This document shows, piece by piece, positions 37,100-51,056 of a DNA stretch of 64,000 bases. The first letter of the stretch is position 1; each line of letters starts with the position of its first letter. Source of the DNA: Lingula anatina (lineage: Eukaryota > Animalia > Brachiopoda); contig CM120649.1 of assembly GCA_051362555.1 (NCBI GenBank), positions 18,428,567 through 18,492,566 on the forward strand, read 5' to 3'. A model generated the notes under the pieces. The model saw only the letters and a list, made by a program, of their open reading frames with translations. It searched no databases and had not been told where the DNA came from. The position numbers and the translations under genes are program-made.

Positions 37100-40000
37100 A
37101 AATATTATGTAGCATGTAGAAAAAAGGACTCCGTCATGCAGTATTTGATATACAGCATGTCATGTATTAATGCTGCACCCCTACTCCAGTAACTTCAACT
37201 TGAAGCCCAGTGTCTGTATATAGAATCATATAGCTAGCTATCATCACAAACCTTGCAAAAACAAAACTTATGTAGTCATGCATTTTTAATTTAATTTAAA
37301 ATTCAATTTCAGGAAGCATGATCTACCGAAAACTCACATCATGCCAAAAATGAAACTTACATTTTAACAACCTTTCCAAAGGAAAAAGATTAAACTTACA
37401 CAAGAAAATGTTGGGTGTTTTGTATCACGGCCCTGTTCAAGGAATAATACAGACATTGCAAGCTTGCAATGGCTATCGAGTAGTGGAAAAGACTGTGGGC
37501 CATTTATACAAACCTGTTGAGAGAATCTATACATATAAATTTCTCACAAGTGCCTATTTAAAGTTCAACAATGTTTATTAGGAATAAGATGCGAGAAAAT
37601 ATATCAATGTCTCCAAGTACATGTACTTTGAATCAACAGTGAATCAGTGAACAACTATTCTGTTACCAGGACCGTTCTGAGTCTTTTCTATATAGCTACA
37701 ACCTTTGTACTGTCATCACAACATTCCAATCAGGAAAACTACATCTTTTACTGTCCAGCACTTTTATTGAAAACTAAAAGGGATAACAATTATAACTGTT
37801 CATTTTGGTCTAAAAAATGGATTTTCCTGGGGTAAAGGACAATTTTCTCATACTTGCCAATGGTTAATGAATCTATTCCCTCATTCAAAGTTACAGTCTT
37901 TTTTTTTTTTTTTCTTTCAAAAAAGTTTGTTTTTCTGTAATATTCTCTTAAGAGATTATTACAGAGTCTAGCCATCTATGGAGGTCACGTGATGTGATAG
38001 CAAACACAAATTCTAAAATAATTGCGTTAATCACCGTTTTGGGTGGTAAAATGGAATTTATAATATTTCTATGAGCTGTTTACAGTGCATTGTTGAGAAA
38101 TATGGGTAATTTACGAACAGCTGTTATCTCTTTAAAGAGATAATTACTCGGTACGACCTCATAACGTATGTGACTTTGAAAGCGAAAGTAGCTCATAAAG
38201 TTGTAGTTTATATACTCTGTCGCCTTTTCTTCGCCATCCAGGCGCTTGTTACTATTACACAATGTATCTACGTGATATGTGCAAGATGACGTTTATAAAG
38301 TCTTAGATACCTTATCGCAACAGGCTGTTCTTTCCTGTCAGTTTGACCTCCCAGCTCTCTCATCTGCAGAGTCTAAGGTAAACAACATAAAAGTAGGTCA
38401 TGGCCAAAGTATGACGTAGAGCGATGACGTATACCAAGGGTTGTATATAAAATAGAACCTGGCACAGAGTCTCCAAATGTCACGTGCACTCCAGCGCGGA
38501 CCTTTTATATCTTTTTTGATCAAATGTATGAAGATTTGATAAAGTTTGTACGTTTACTACGTGTCTTTATGTAAGAGGTTTTTTATTTGCATATTTTATT
38601 AATGCGTTCTATTCCATTTTTGTATTTTTATACTCAGTGGTCTTAATTATATATATAAAGGTGACCGAAAAACTTACAAATTTTATTTAAAAAGACAGGT
38701 TTATGTTCCCTCGTGTGTGAAGGGAAGGGGTACAGGTGTGACAGAAATGGAAGTCCTGGTGTACCTTTAAGTGATGGGGAATGGACTACGTAAGGTTCCC
38801 AGTGCAGGGGCGGGTCCAGTATTATTCATGAAGGGGGGGAGGGGGTCCTAAACGACAAGCCTCGGATGCGAAGCCGATTATCGCTCCCAATTTTTTGTTT
38901 TGGATGCCAAACGGTGCCCTTGGTATGGTTTAGAACTATGATTCAGCTAGTCAAAATTCTAATTTCCAAGAGGGGAACATTGGTGTTATATTTTTCAGAA
39001 ATCGGAGGGGGGGAGGGGGAGCTCACGACCCCCCTGACCCCCCTCCCCTCTAAATCCGTCTTTCCAGTGCATTACCAAACCTGTCCACTTGAATATCGCG
39101 GTTAGTGCCCCCAGTACAAAGCGATGAGGCTACCATTCCTGTCAGTATATGTTGACAATCCCTGTAGTAAAAGAGCAGGGTAGGCAACCGATATGTGACA
39201 GACTGCTGATTGGATGTGATTGTAAAGTAAGCTACTGGGTGCATCGTAGGGTTTATAACAAGACAGGATAAACGAGACAAATATTTATATATATAGTCTT
39301 TATCCTTTTCCTCATCAATTCAATTTTTTTTTTTTTTGGGGGGGGGGGGAGATGGAGGTCAAGGGATTTTCTTGCCAAATTAATGTGTAGAAATTGTCCA
39401 CGCTTTTGAAAAATCGTCATATTCGTGTCTTATAAAGCTTCTTGTATTTCCACTGTATTTCTCAATTAAAACTATCAAGACAATAAAACCCTAATTCAGA
39501 TAAAGATTATCAGAGGTGTGCTTCGTTTTTGTTTTTTTTCCCTTTTAAGTCTGTCTTTCGACTGTATTTCTCAATTAAAACCCTCAAGACAATAAAACCC
39601 TAATTTACATAAAGATTATCAAATGTGTACTTCATTTTTTTTTTTTTGTTTGTTTTTGTTTTTTTTTTTCTTTTCCTTTTAAGTCTGTCTTTGGTAGCCA
39701 TTTGCCAGCCTGCAACATTTGTATTATACACAGCAGAGTATTTAAAATCCATGTGTATCTTTTTTACATTAGAATGTCTTTTTGTGTTGTTCACATCATT
39801 TTAAAATATCAAATATGCCCAAAACATAAAAAGATAATTGTTTATTTACTTATTTATTTGTTTATTCTGAAACATCTCAAGTTTTTGTAACTGCCAGGTA
39901 AGATGTTGTAGTACTGACACAATAAAGGTCATTCCTGATACCCCAGTTACTAAAAAATTCCAAACAGCTGAATTGATTGTTTTCCTCTTTTATAATTTAT

Positions 40001-40726
40001 CATTTTTAAAAACTCATAACAGCGTTTTCTCCAACAGAAAACCAACTAACTTTTCAAAACTTCAGTACCAGAGTTTTAAAGAAATACATACTTATAGAAC
40101 ACTTGGTAACAAACATTTTTTAAAAATAATTTTACTTTATTCATCTTTTTCCATTGGAGAGGTTGCTTAAATTTACAAAGTCATGACCTAACTTAGTAGC
40201 ACATGCATTGTTGCATTAATAAAAATACACCTAAGGGTCTCATAGCATATAATATTCTTAGTTTTAACACTTTACTAATGGCAGTGTGTTATCTATGGAG
40301 GGTATACAGACAGGCATATAGCTTAAGAGAAATTTTGATAGAAACAGAATAGCAATACAAATTTGAAAATAAAAAATTATTTTGTACTACAAATAAATTT
40401 GTAATATCACTTGGTAAATATATTTAAGTAAAGGCATGTATTTTGACAAAGAAAGACAAGGGGATGATGAACTGGCAGTACTGGAAGCATATTTGTTGTC
40501 AAGTGGGGGTTTATCAGCAGCTAGGGCTTTGATTGAAAATAAACATGTTTAGTGTTAGTGGTAAATACTAGTGCCTAGAAATAAAGTTAATTACAACTTC
40601 ATAAAATGTTAAAAATAATCTGATTAGTACTGATATCTGATTAAGTACTTGTAAGTATAAAAATCACTACTTAGTGAAGTATGAACTTGGTAGCGGCATG
40701 GTCAAGTTGACCTTTGCCAGTTACTT

Positions 40727-43700
40727 CCCTTAGCAAAATTTTAAGCTTCCCGCACACTGTTTCTGCGGATGCGCAGCAGATTCACAGTAAGGGTTTCTGC
40801 GGATGCGCAGCACGCCTCATTTGCATGGTAAAATACGCACCTCCTGCACACTCCTTGCACATCTCCTGCAAACTTCCTGCACACCCCCAACACCACAACC
40901 AGCACACTTCTCGCATACCTCCTGCGTACTTCTTGCATACCTTCTGCGTACTTTTTGCACACTTCCTGCGCACATCTTGCACACCTCCTGCGTATGTCTT
41001 GCACACCTCCTGCGTACTTTTTGCACACCTTTTGTGCACTTCTTGCACACCTCCTGCACACTTTTTGCATACTTTGTTGCACACTAATTTAAATATTTTA
41101 TAACACAATTTAAATTTTATTCACTCGTTTTTTCAATCAGTTAATATTAATTCTACAAAGACAGGTTCTGAGTTACATCTAAAGACGTGCCAACAGAAAT
41201 ATTGTAAAATCTGTTTATCAACAACAAACAAGAAATTACGGTCATATATTGTGCTTTATTAATCAAATTAAAAATCGAACAAAATCAGCAAAATCCAAGC
41301 CATGTCCATATTTCTCTTCTTTACATCTTTCTGCCACATTTCTCTTCTTTACTCATCCTGTCCTGCTCCGTCAATCTAAAAAAGAGTATACCATAAAGTC
41401 CTACAAATTTACCACACTGTGCACAATGCTTAACATCCAAATCTTAAACATCCATGTGGAGGACAAAAAAACCATCAATATACACATTACTGTTTGAGAA
41501 GTCCTGAAATCAAGTTCAAGTGTTTATTATTCATATAAAGAAAAGGTTGAAAGGTAGGCAGAAAAATGTCTTGGATATTAAAAAAAAAAAAAAAAACAGT
41601 GCTAAAACTGCTTTGAAGAATACTTTATATACATTCCTCACACATCTATGTTATGTTGAAATCTTAGGGTTTATGGTTGTATTCACTTTTTCACTTATTT
41701 TCAACATATACTTGTTGAATGATGTAATCAGCTTGCAGTTAGTGTTGTTCTCTTTTAAAACTTACTCTGCACAGCTCTTTCAACTAGAGAATCCTTCACA
41801 AAAGAAGCTGTTGCTGACAGTTCTTGTGGGCTGACACAAAAGTACTTGACTTTTTGGTACACTTTGTGAGAGTTTTGATGAGCCACCAACTATAGATATT
41901 CACAGCAAAGTGTCCCTTCCAGTCATGCCAGCTTCTGTATGTTGTCTACTCTCTAGGGTCACCTGAAATAAACAATTATTCAACAAATGTCCATTTGTTC
42001 AAATAACACAGTAAGAGACAAATTTTTTTGAGATTCAACTGCATTTGAAGAAACATTTTGGTGAGCAATTGATCATAGTTTTATAAGAAATTAAGAGACT
42101 AAACAGTGATTGGATTCTATATCCTCGTTTCTTTGTTGGCTAAAAGGGAAGTATACATTATAAATTAAAACTTATTTAATGTAATATAGATATAATGTTT
42201 ACAATGTACACTACAAATTAGATCAATTTTCTCATTTTCAATTTGATTAGATGCCCAAATGATCCAATGCATTACTGTAATACATACCTTCCTCAATCCA
42301 ATTTTTCTACACTCTGTACTCTTCCACTATGCTCCTGAATTAAAACTGGCTTGAATGTAAACAGCCTTCACTCATAAACAAAGACTTAGACAGGATACCA
42401 CACATCTGATAACACCAAATAGGTGGTTGTTGTAACAATAGCTGCAGGAATAGAGACCTAATAATAGGTGCCAGGCTAACAAAAGAAATTCACAGTTGTT
42501 GAATCTGTGGTTGGTGGAGTAAGGCATTCTCTAACATCAGTTGACTGTTAAACCTTGGGCTTAAAGTGTGATTGAGCATGATTTATAATAAAATGTATCT
42601 TTAAAAATATTAATTTGTCCTCGTTTCCCACCCTTTATGAGGGACAGTACTATACCCTTTATGTTCGCTTTCTTTTACATCACATTATATATATTAGGCT
42701 GGATTGAAATTTCACTTTTTAAAACAGCCAAGGTCAAGTAAAATCTGACTATAAGCAAGATTAAAATCTGACTAGATAAGGTTGACTTTCAATAAAATAG
42801 AAGAAATATGAAGTTAGTAAATATCATCATAAAAATACTAAAAATACATTTACTGTGTTTTTATCTTTTTGTGAAAATTAACTAGCAAAGTCAAGATTAT
42901 ACTATCCATGTTTAATTTACCACAACCCTAGATTTTATAACTGTTACATTTCATGACTGACACATCCTAATAATAAGTTGTGATTTAGTGAATGAGTTTA
43001 AAGGGTTGATTAGGCATTTTTCTATTAGATGTTGTTAAACTTATATTGCCCTTGACTTATTCTCATACTTTGAGTGAGGTAAACACCATAGTTTGTTAGA
43101 ACAATACAATTTAAAACTAGCTTTACATAATGTTATTGATTTGTTTGTTGGACTAATTTGGCTGGATTTCTCTCTGGCCTGCGACATACAGTCAATACCC
43201 ACTATAGCTCACAATAGTGTATTATTAATCATAGTGTACTTGCCCCGTATATATGATAATAATTAAAATTTTATATAAACATTGATTATTTCTAATTGAT
43301 TGATATAAAGTAAAATGGGTATTGAAGTATTTTGTTTGTGTAATTGTCAGTGGCATTGCATATACATGTATCTTGTATTGGTACATATTAAATAGTCAAA
43401 TGATAAGGTTTTTACTCTAAAATAGCATACCCCGATAAAATTAAAAGCTTGTTGTATACTCAACTCACACAACTTAAAATTTCTAAGTTTTCTGTACACT
43501 TGTTGCACAATCCTGATGAAAAATTTGAGTTTTCTGCACACTTATGGCAAACTACTGATGAAATTGTAAGTTTATTGCACGCTTTCTGCACACATCTGTT
43601 GAAAAACCAAGTGTCTTGCACATTTTCTGCACACTCATGACAGAAAAATTACATTTTCTGCACACTTGTTGCATACTCTTGATCAAATTTTAAGGTTATC

Positions 43701-43920
43701 GCACACTCTCCGCATACTTCTTTTGAAATACCAAGTCTCTTGCATACTTTCTGCACACTATCTGCACTTATGGAAGTGTGCAGTAGGTGTGCAACGAAAG
43801 AATTTTTATCGCACACTTCTGCACACTCCCCAAAGCTGTCTACTGCACACTCTAGAGTGTGCCGCACATATGCAGTTTATTTGCAGCACATGTGCTGCAC
43901 ACTTTTCATTTTGCTAAGGG
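40727..43920. mobile_element. CMC/EnSpm-like non-autonomous transposon
   Basis: tt|cccttagcaaaat ... attttgctaaggg|tt (2-bp TSD); subterminal TGCAC-rich repeats. Confidence 0.85.
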
Positions 43921-44240
43921 TTATGTTGAAGAAAAATAGAGCGTTCACATAAAAGCATGGTAATATATCCAAAGAACTTCTTCTAACTTCATATGGCATG
44001 TGATATACTTGGAGCTATGAGCTTTTATAGATATATAAATATATATAATATGTATATAACAATATATATTCATTAATGCAGATGAAAGTGATCATTACCC
44101 TGCACCATCCCCTCAAAATTATAAAAAAAAAAAATAAAAAGATTTGCATTAGCTTTGTGAACACAAAGTTCAAAGAAACAAAGGGGTGTAAATGAGTTTC
44201 CAAAGTAAAATAATATTACTGATAAATAAATATTAAATTA

Positions 44241-44617
44241 AAAGGATAATAACTCTTTGAATGAGATATATATTTCACAATAAAAACATTGTGAACAACT
44301 CATGGAAATATAATATATTCTGTTTTACCACAAAAATGGCAGTTATAACTACGTATTATTCTGATATCTGAGCTTGTCTTTAGACCACGTGACCCCCATT
44401 GATGGCTATACTCTGTTATAATCTCTTGAGATTATAACAGAATATAGCCATGTTATAATCTCTTAAGAGATTATAAAAAAAACAAACTTTTTAGAAAAAA
44501 AAACGGACTAACTTTCAATGTAAAAATGGATTCATTAATCATTGGCAAGTATGAGAAAATTATTGTTTACTCCAGGAAATTTCATTTTTTGGCCAAAACG
44601 AACAGTTATTATCCCTT
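44241..44617. mobile_element. TTAA-flanked MITE family (other copies at about 29617-29950 and inverted at about 37778-38000)
   Basis: ggataataactc ... gttattatccc termini; shared internal gatggctatactctgtta. Confidence 0.7.
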
Positions 44618-46004
44618 TAATGAAGATCTATAATAGTTACTGTATTTCAAAATTCTGCTCAACAGAGTTGAAAATGGACCTTTTAAAAATCCTGAAAATG
44701 AAAGCAACAGTGAAAATGCCGTAAGAAATCAATGCTGATTTCACTGTCTGGTTTGGTTCCCACTATGTACGAATCTTGCTCAACCTGCGAGTTTCGTGGA
44801 ACTTTTCCAGACAGTTTGTATGGCCTCTCAGATGTTTTTTTCCTCGTATTTGGGGACATATTCATGCAGAGGGTGGGCCAACCTTTCGATCGATATGATG
44901 CAGAAGGTAATTTGGCTGGAAGCTTGTAAAGGTTTTAGTCATGTTTAGAGTTGGAGTAACAAAGTTTATAAAAGGCTATAACCTCTTCCTATGTATTTCA
45001 ACTCATCCTCAGTTCGAATAAGTTATTTATTTATCATTTTTGGTGAGACACAGCCGTAAAAGCCGTTAGAAAATCAGTAATTTCGATCTTACTGAAAACA
45101 AAATGACAGATGCACAAAGCTGTTCTTCTGCTGACGAAAAAGCACCTGCGCATTCAGGACCCATAGAAGATCAATATACCTGGGTATCAAACCGTAAAGA
45201 AGAAAGATATTAATAAAACGTCTACAGTTCATGCATATAGAGTTCATTTCATTGTTCAAACAAAGTGTTAAATCATATACGATATCGATGGAACTATTGC
45301 TAACATAATGACAGTTTCCACAGCAAAAGATACATAAGAAACCATTATTTTTGTTTTGATGCAGAAGGTAATTTGACCAAAAGCATTTTATTTAGAATCA
45401 TTTTCATGCCAAGGTAGCCTTTGCTCAGTGATTTTGAAACATCACAGGTGAAAAATCTAAAACTTGTATTGAACACAATTAACAGTAGCAGTGGTTGTCA
45501 TGGAAATAATGGATAAATTCCAGAAAAGTATATCTTGACATATTCCTCCTGGCATAGTGTAATTGGCCACAAAATTTCAGATGGGTATTTTACTCCATTC
45601 AAAAGTTTTGCCTAATTGATTTAGCGATTTGGTGACAATTTTGGCTTTAAATGTTACATATATATTTTCATATAAAAGACTTTTTTCAAAATTTTGTGGC
45701 CGACTGGCAGTCATGTAAGTTTCATAACATTTAAATGGCTATGTCACAATCTGATTAATGAAACTAAATCAAAATACAAAACAGAAATGAAACAATCATG
45801 TGAGGATGATAGCTAGACACATATAGAATGGTGAATAGGATGGTGGATAATAATTTTGTTAAAAAACCAATGCACATCTCATCCCGACTGTGAATCTCTG
45901 AGAGACCTTGCCAAAGACATGAACAAATTCTGCACTGCGAAGATAAGTAAAATATATGGCTATGTGTTGCTTTTGGAGGATACAGTTTCAAAGCCGTCTC
46001 ATCC

Positions 46005-46178
46005 GGGGCCGTAGCGATAGTCCGAAGGTTCAATAGTCCGAAGGTTCATTGGTCCGAATGTTCACCATAGAACCTTCGGACCAATGAACCCTTGATTAAA
46101 AAATCGATGAAAATGTTACCACTTTTCGGACCAATGAACCTTCGGACCAATGAACCTTCGGACTATCGAGACGCCCCC
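46005..46178. mobile_element. MULE-like MITE with 9-bp TSD
   Basis: gtctcatcc|gggg...gatagtccgaagg ... ccttcggactatc...cccc|gtctcatcc; internal 16-bp repeats. Confidence 0.8.
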
Positions 46179-46399
46179 GTCTCATCCACCCATATCTACC
46201 CTGAGCGTCAGAGCAACGTAAAAGCTAGCTTGCTAAATATACCTTGTGGTGGAGTCGCTTTTACTGGTATTGCTACTATGGGTTATATATGAAATCAAGA
46301 TCGAGCTGGCAATACCGGAATCTAGAACCTAGGGTACTCATATCAAAACTCGTACCTAAACCAGTATTGATATTCTCCTCATTTATTGCGAAAACCACC

Positions 46400-46900
46400 G
46401 CTGAATATTGTCAAAAATCATTACAATTTCTGTTAAAACGTCATACCAACAGCATTATTGACTCAGATTTTACCAACTGTCATCAAACCCATCACAGAAT
46501 TGGTGAATATATATTTTAGGAATGGAATATTTCCAGATTCATATTAAAAAATGCAGTCATTAAACCACTTCTTAAAAGAACAACTTTAATTATAATGTCT
46601 TTGCACATTGTAGGCCAGTGGACAGTATGTATTTCCTATCAAAGGTGATAGAAAAAGCCATTGCAATGAGGCTTTCAGTATGCGCTTCGAAGTACACCGA
46701 CACCGCGACACCGATGATTCTGAGCGGGATTGGAAAGTAGTGCATCTCTTGTCAAAATTTGTTCCGGGGGATATGATACTGTGAAATGCACTGACGCACA
46801 CCTTGAAAACGGGTAGTGTGGTCTGATCTACAGGTGAATTCAGGATAAATCAGGGCTGAGTCTGGTAGTTGGGTAGGCCCGTGTTTGAACATCGGAACAA
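46400..46900 (+). mobile_element. Highly degenerate CR1/L2 LINE RT remnant
   Basis: IPTALL...PITELVN...GIFPD, AVIKPLLK and RPV...FLSKVIEKAIA motifs. Confidence 0.65.
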
Positions 46901-48374
46901 TTTAGTAGAAAATTCAATCTGCATATAAACAAAAACATAGCACTGGAACTTTATCTCCTGAGAATAAAAACCGACCTTCTCTCTGGTGGTGACAATCATT
47001 CTGCAGTCCTGTTTGTACTGCTTTAACTTTCGGCAGCATATGGCACTGATGTTCATACAGTATACTTGTCAACTACATCTACATGTAGGTATCGCGCCTC
47101 ATTTTCGTCAAGTAGGAGTTGTAAGAATACAACGATATGGCTATGTTCAAATCAAACTTAATGTTAAAAAACATGGTACTGTTTGATTTACTACATAAAA
47201 CAGGAAAAATAGCAGTAGTGCATAAATTTTGATAAGATGCACCACATTCCAAAAAAGAAAAGAAAATATGCAAGTCCCTTGATAATTTGATATGAATATT
47301 GCATCACAACAGTGAGTTATGCTGATTGTAGGGTTTATTATATGGTACACAATAAGAACATAGAATATGGCTCTCTGGTGCAGTTACTGAGTATGTTACG
47401 TTACATGAGGGGTTTTAAAGACAAAGATTGTCGTTTAGTGGTATAAAATACTCCACCTAATTGTATTTTGCTGGGGTTTTGTATATTACTTTCTCTGAAA
47501 AACTCCAAGATTTTAAAACTTTTTCATTCATTCATTCATTCATTCATTCAATGTGCATTCCCCCCCCTCCCCCAGTTCGGTTTACTGTGAATAAAAGCAG
47601 TTTAAACATTCTGAACCTTACACATATATGTATATATTATGGTGCTTATCTGTGATAAGACTGTCAGGTTTTTATTTTCATTTTTAATCATTAATGATAA
47701 CTGTAATACATAACCGTATTAATGCACATTGTAAATTACAGAATCACAGAGTCATAAAAGTCCCCAAAGCTAGGCGAAACTCACAGCAGCAAGTGATGTC
47801 CAATCAGAAGGGAGAAATAGAGCACGTGATCCTCCATCGCTCTGAAGAAATTGTGCGTAAAATCATGCTCCAGATGGCAGACAAGTGCTCAGAGAGTCAC
47901 TGCTCAGCATCCAAAGAGGCTCTGGTCAGTCTTTATAATTGGATATATATAGAGAATTACGCAAGAGCCAGGTGACCAATCATGATAGAGAGGAACAAAA
48001 TAATCAAAATTCTGGCACAGCAGGCAGATCTGAAGAGTGGGAGTTTATTTAGGAGTGCGAGTCTACGGGGTTTGTCATGGTTTTACAACAGATACCACAC
48101 TTGGTGACTTAAACCTCCTTTACACTGGACGCCGTCCTTTATGTGTTCTTTGTGCAACAATGAAACTGGCATCACTGTGGTCATAAAAAGTAGGCACAAG
48201 CATCCTTTTGGTCACAATGCTCATTACTTTTGATTAAAAATTTGCTGAAACATGTAGTACAAGAATGATTCATTTTATTAATCATCTAATAGTGTACACA
48301 TGCATGCCTGATTGCATATCTGTGATGGTTTGCTATACATTTCTTTTATATAGTTGCAAACACTAGTAGTGACT

Positions 48375-48377
<3 letters not shown>

Positions 48378-48443
<66 letters not shown>

Positions 48444-49131
48444 TACCGCGAATAGAAAATAGATTTTTCATGTGAACGGAGTCTTATAGTAAATCTATAA
48501 CATAACAGGAGTAGTACTTTAATGTGGAAAGATTAATTTTTGATACAAAAACTTTATTTGTATACATCTTACAAATGGAATGTGCATATAACTTGTAGTT
48601 ATTAGTAACATTTGATGTACTTAATAACCATACTTGGAATGTTAAACATAATATACTTGTATTATGAATAAAAGTCAGTTATTGTTATGTGCTTCTACAT
48701 CAGTAAAAACAGTGTACAGGGACCGTGCACTTATTACTTTAAGGTTGATACAAAAACCATTATATTTATTTATATTTATTTGTAACCTTCTGATCTATCA
48801 AATTAAAATACTGAAATATAAATCACTATGTATTAATAAAATCTTTTCCTCTTTGCATAAATCTATGCTTCAGTAAAAACAATTTACATATTTGATTGTA
48901 GAAACTATCACAATCACTTAAACCAGAACTTATATGCTGTTTACCATTTACATAAACACACTGTGTAGCATTTGTGATGCTTTTACTGCAGATAATAGAA
49001 CTATAGAGTAGCCTGCTTTTTAATTTTGTTGCTACATGTACCACTCCACGGGAATGTGTTTAATTAAAAAATATGAATAAAAAATACAGTACCTGTAAAA
49101 TTTACAATTTTCCTTGACTGGAAAGATCCAG

Positions 49132-49192
<61 letters not shown>
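48378..49192. repeat. Two (TA)n microsatellites (about 48378-48440 and 49134-49192)
   Basis: Seen directly. Confidence 0.95.
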
Positions 49193-49194
<2 letters not shown>

Positions 49195-49985
49195 CACAAC
49201 TTTGTCAAATGGAAACAACCGTGTACATATCTGTTAAAGTAAAACTCTGCTTAGTATTAAAATCACTACTTTGTGAAGGGTAGATATTATACACTGTATA
49301 TCGCATATATAAAGATATAATTTTAATAAAAAAAGAACATAAAAATAACATCAGTTAAAATATCGCTGAACTGGTGTATATGCCTTCAATACAGCATCAC
49401 ATTTTAAAGCCTTAAAAATTAACGTGCCAATCATTTCACAACCAAAGAATTATGATAAAGTAAAACATGACCAAAGAAATATGGTCAAGTTTTCACATCA
49501 AATGTTCTACCTGAAATGACATATAATACAGTAGTGTTTCTTTATATTTTGGTATATCAACAGTAGACATGGGTGACTTTAGGTAGGTGTTCTCTCTTCA
49601 TCACTTACACAGTTTGTGTTCATCATGCCCCCTGCATAAAACCTTACATGATACACACACATGTGCAGTGCACCATGTACATTAGGCATATTTTCATCTA
49701 ACCTGACAGTGTGTGAATATCAAAAGGTCAAAACTTTCAGTCATTAACCTTTCTATTTTCTCCATCCATAATAATTAAGATAACCGTATTCTTTAACTGT
49801 CTGCTTTTGTCTGTGTTTCTTAAGCAAAATCCCCACACTTCTTGAATCTTAAAAATAGCACTATTGCGTATGTTTGGTCACGCACTTGGTAGCGGCATTG
49901 TCAAAATCACATTTTCCAGTGATGTTGGTTGAAGAAAATGGATCTTTCACAGAGACAAAAAAAAAAATAAAAAAAAAAAAATGAA

Positions 49986-50016
<31 letters not shown>

Positions 50017-50657
50017 AAAAACTCTACGATATAACATCATTATCCTAATGAACTTATTTTTACACCCAAGATATATATTTTGAATGCAAACTGCAAGCTT
50101 TTACATGTATCGATCGCTATATTCATTAATGCTGATCAAAGTAATCATAACTATAAGCACCTTCCCCTCAAAAGAATAAATAAATAAAAAGACTCGCATT
50201 ATAATTAGCTATATAAAAACTAAGTTAAAAGTAACCAACAGGTGTAAATGAGCTTCTTAAGCAAAACAATATTGATAATTAATAATCAATAAATGAAATA
50301 TGTGGTCAATAATAATTATTTCAAAACTCTGCTCAACAGAGTTGAAAATGGACCTTTTAAAAAATCCTGAAAATGCAAGCAACTGTGGTCTGGATTGAGG
50401 GCATAAATACAGCATCACAACACCAAAATATCTGAATACTTTGACTTATCCCTACACAATTTCCTATAGGATGCCCTTCAGGAAAAATGTGCAAAAAGAC
50501 CTGTACAGTGAGGATTTTGGGCAGATGTCCTACAGGGTTTGGTAGGACATCCTATGGGACCATATAGAATATTGGGCCAACTTCCTATAGGACATTCATA
50601 ATTACTGTAAGGGTTCATCTCTAAATCAAGAAAGTGACTTGTCACATATGGTGAGAT

Positions 50658-51056
50658 CTATGCAGCTACTTCAGGACTCTGAATTTGTCTAAGTGCTGGT
50701 TGTTCACCCTGGTATTCATAAGGTCTCATGGCTTCATCTGGGCAATATGACTCCAGCACGTCCTCGGGTTTCACTACCAGAAGATTTGCCAGATCATGTC
50801 GGTCCACTTTAGCAAACCACTGCTGCAGGTGCCTGACAGGATCTTTATCCACTGGGCATTTCAATACCTTATGCAGTAATAGACTCCATTTCTCTGATGA
50901 TATGTGCTGGCGTTTAACTTCCTCCATGTCTGAATAACTAATGATGCTCTTTGAAAAAAGAAAATCTAACAGTCTCTCAATATAAGATCCTTCCTCAGCT
51001 ATGTAGGACAAGTGTTTTTGAAGATTCTCACATCCAACCTCATGAATCCTTGCTTT
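50658..51056 (-). CDS. Terminal exon: CARD-like domain
   Basis: ttttaag|aaa; LQKHLSYIAEEGSYIERLLDFLFSKSIISYSDMEEVK...EKWSLLLHKVLK...RHDLANLL matches the CARD pattern; stop TAG at 50658. Confidence 0.85.
   Translation of the reverse strand, partial: KARIHEVGCENLQKHLSYIAEEGSYIERLLDFLFSKSIISYSDMEEVKRQHISSEKWSLLLHKVLKCPVDKDPVRHLQQWFAKVDRHDLANLLVVKPEDVLESYCPDEAMRPYEYQGEQPALRQIQSPEVAA

Noticed and set aside
40714-41108. Overlapping Cys/His-rich ORFs (also at 63083-63471 and 43649-43952)
   Set aside because: Artefacts of TGCAC-rich subterminal repeats of a transposon; open in several frames on both strands.
44732-47975. Possible plus-strand gene from scattered ORFs
   Set aside because: No consistent splice model; part of it is a CR1/L2 remnant and MITEs.
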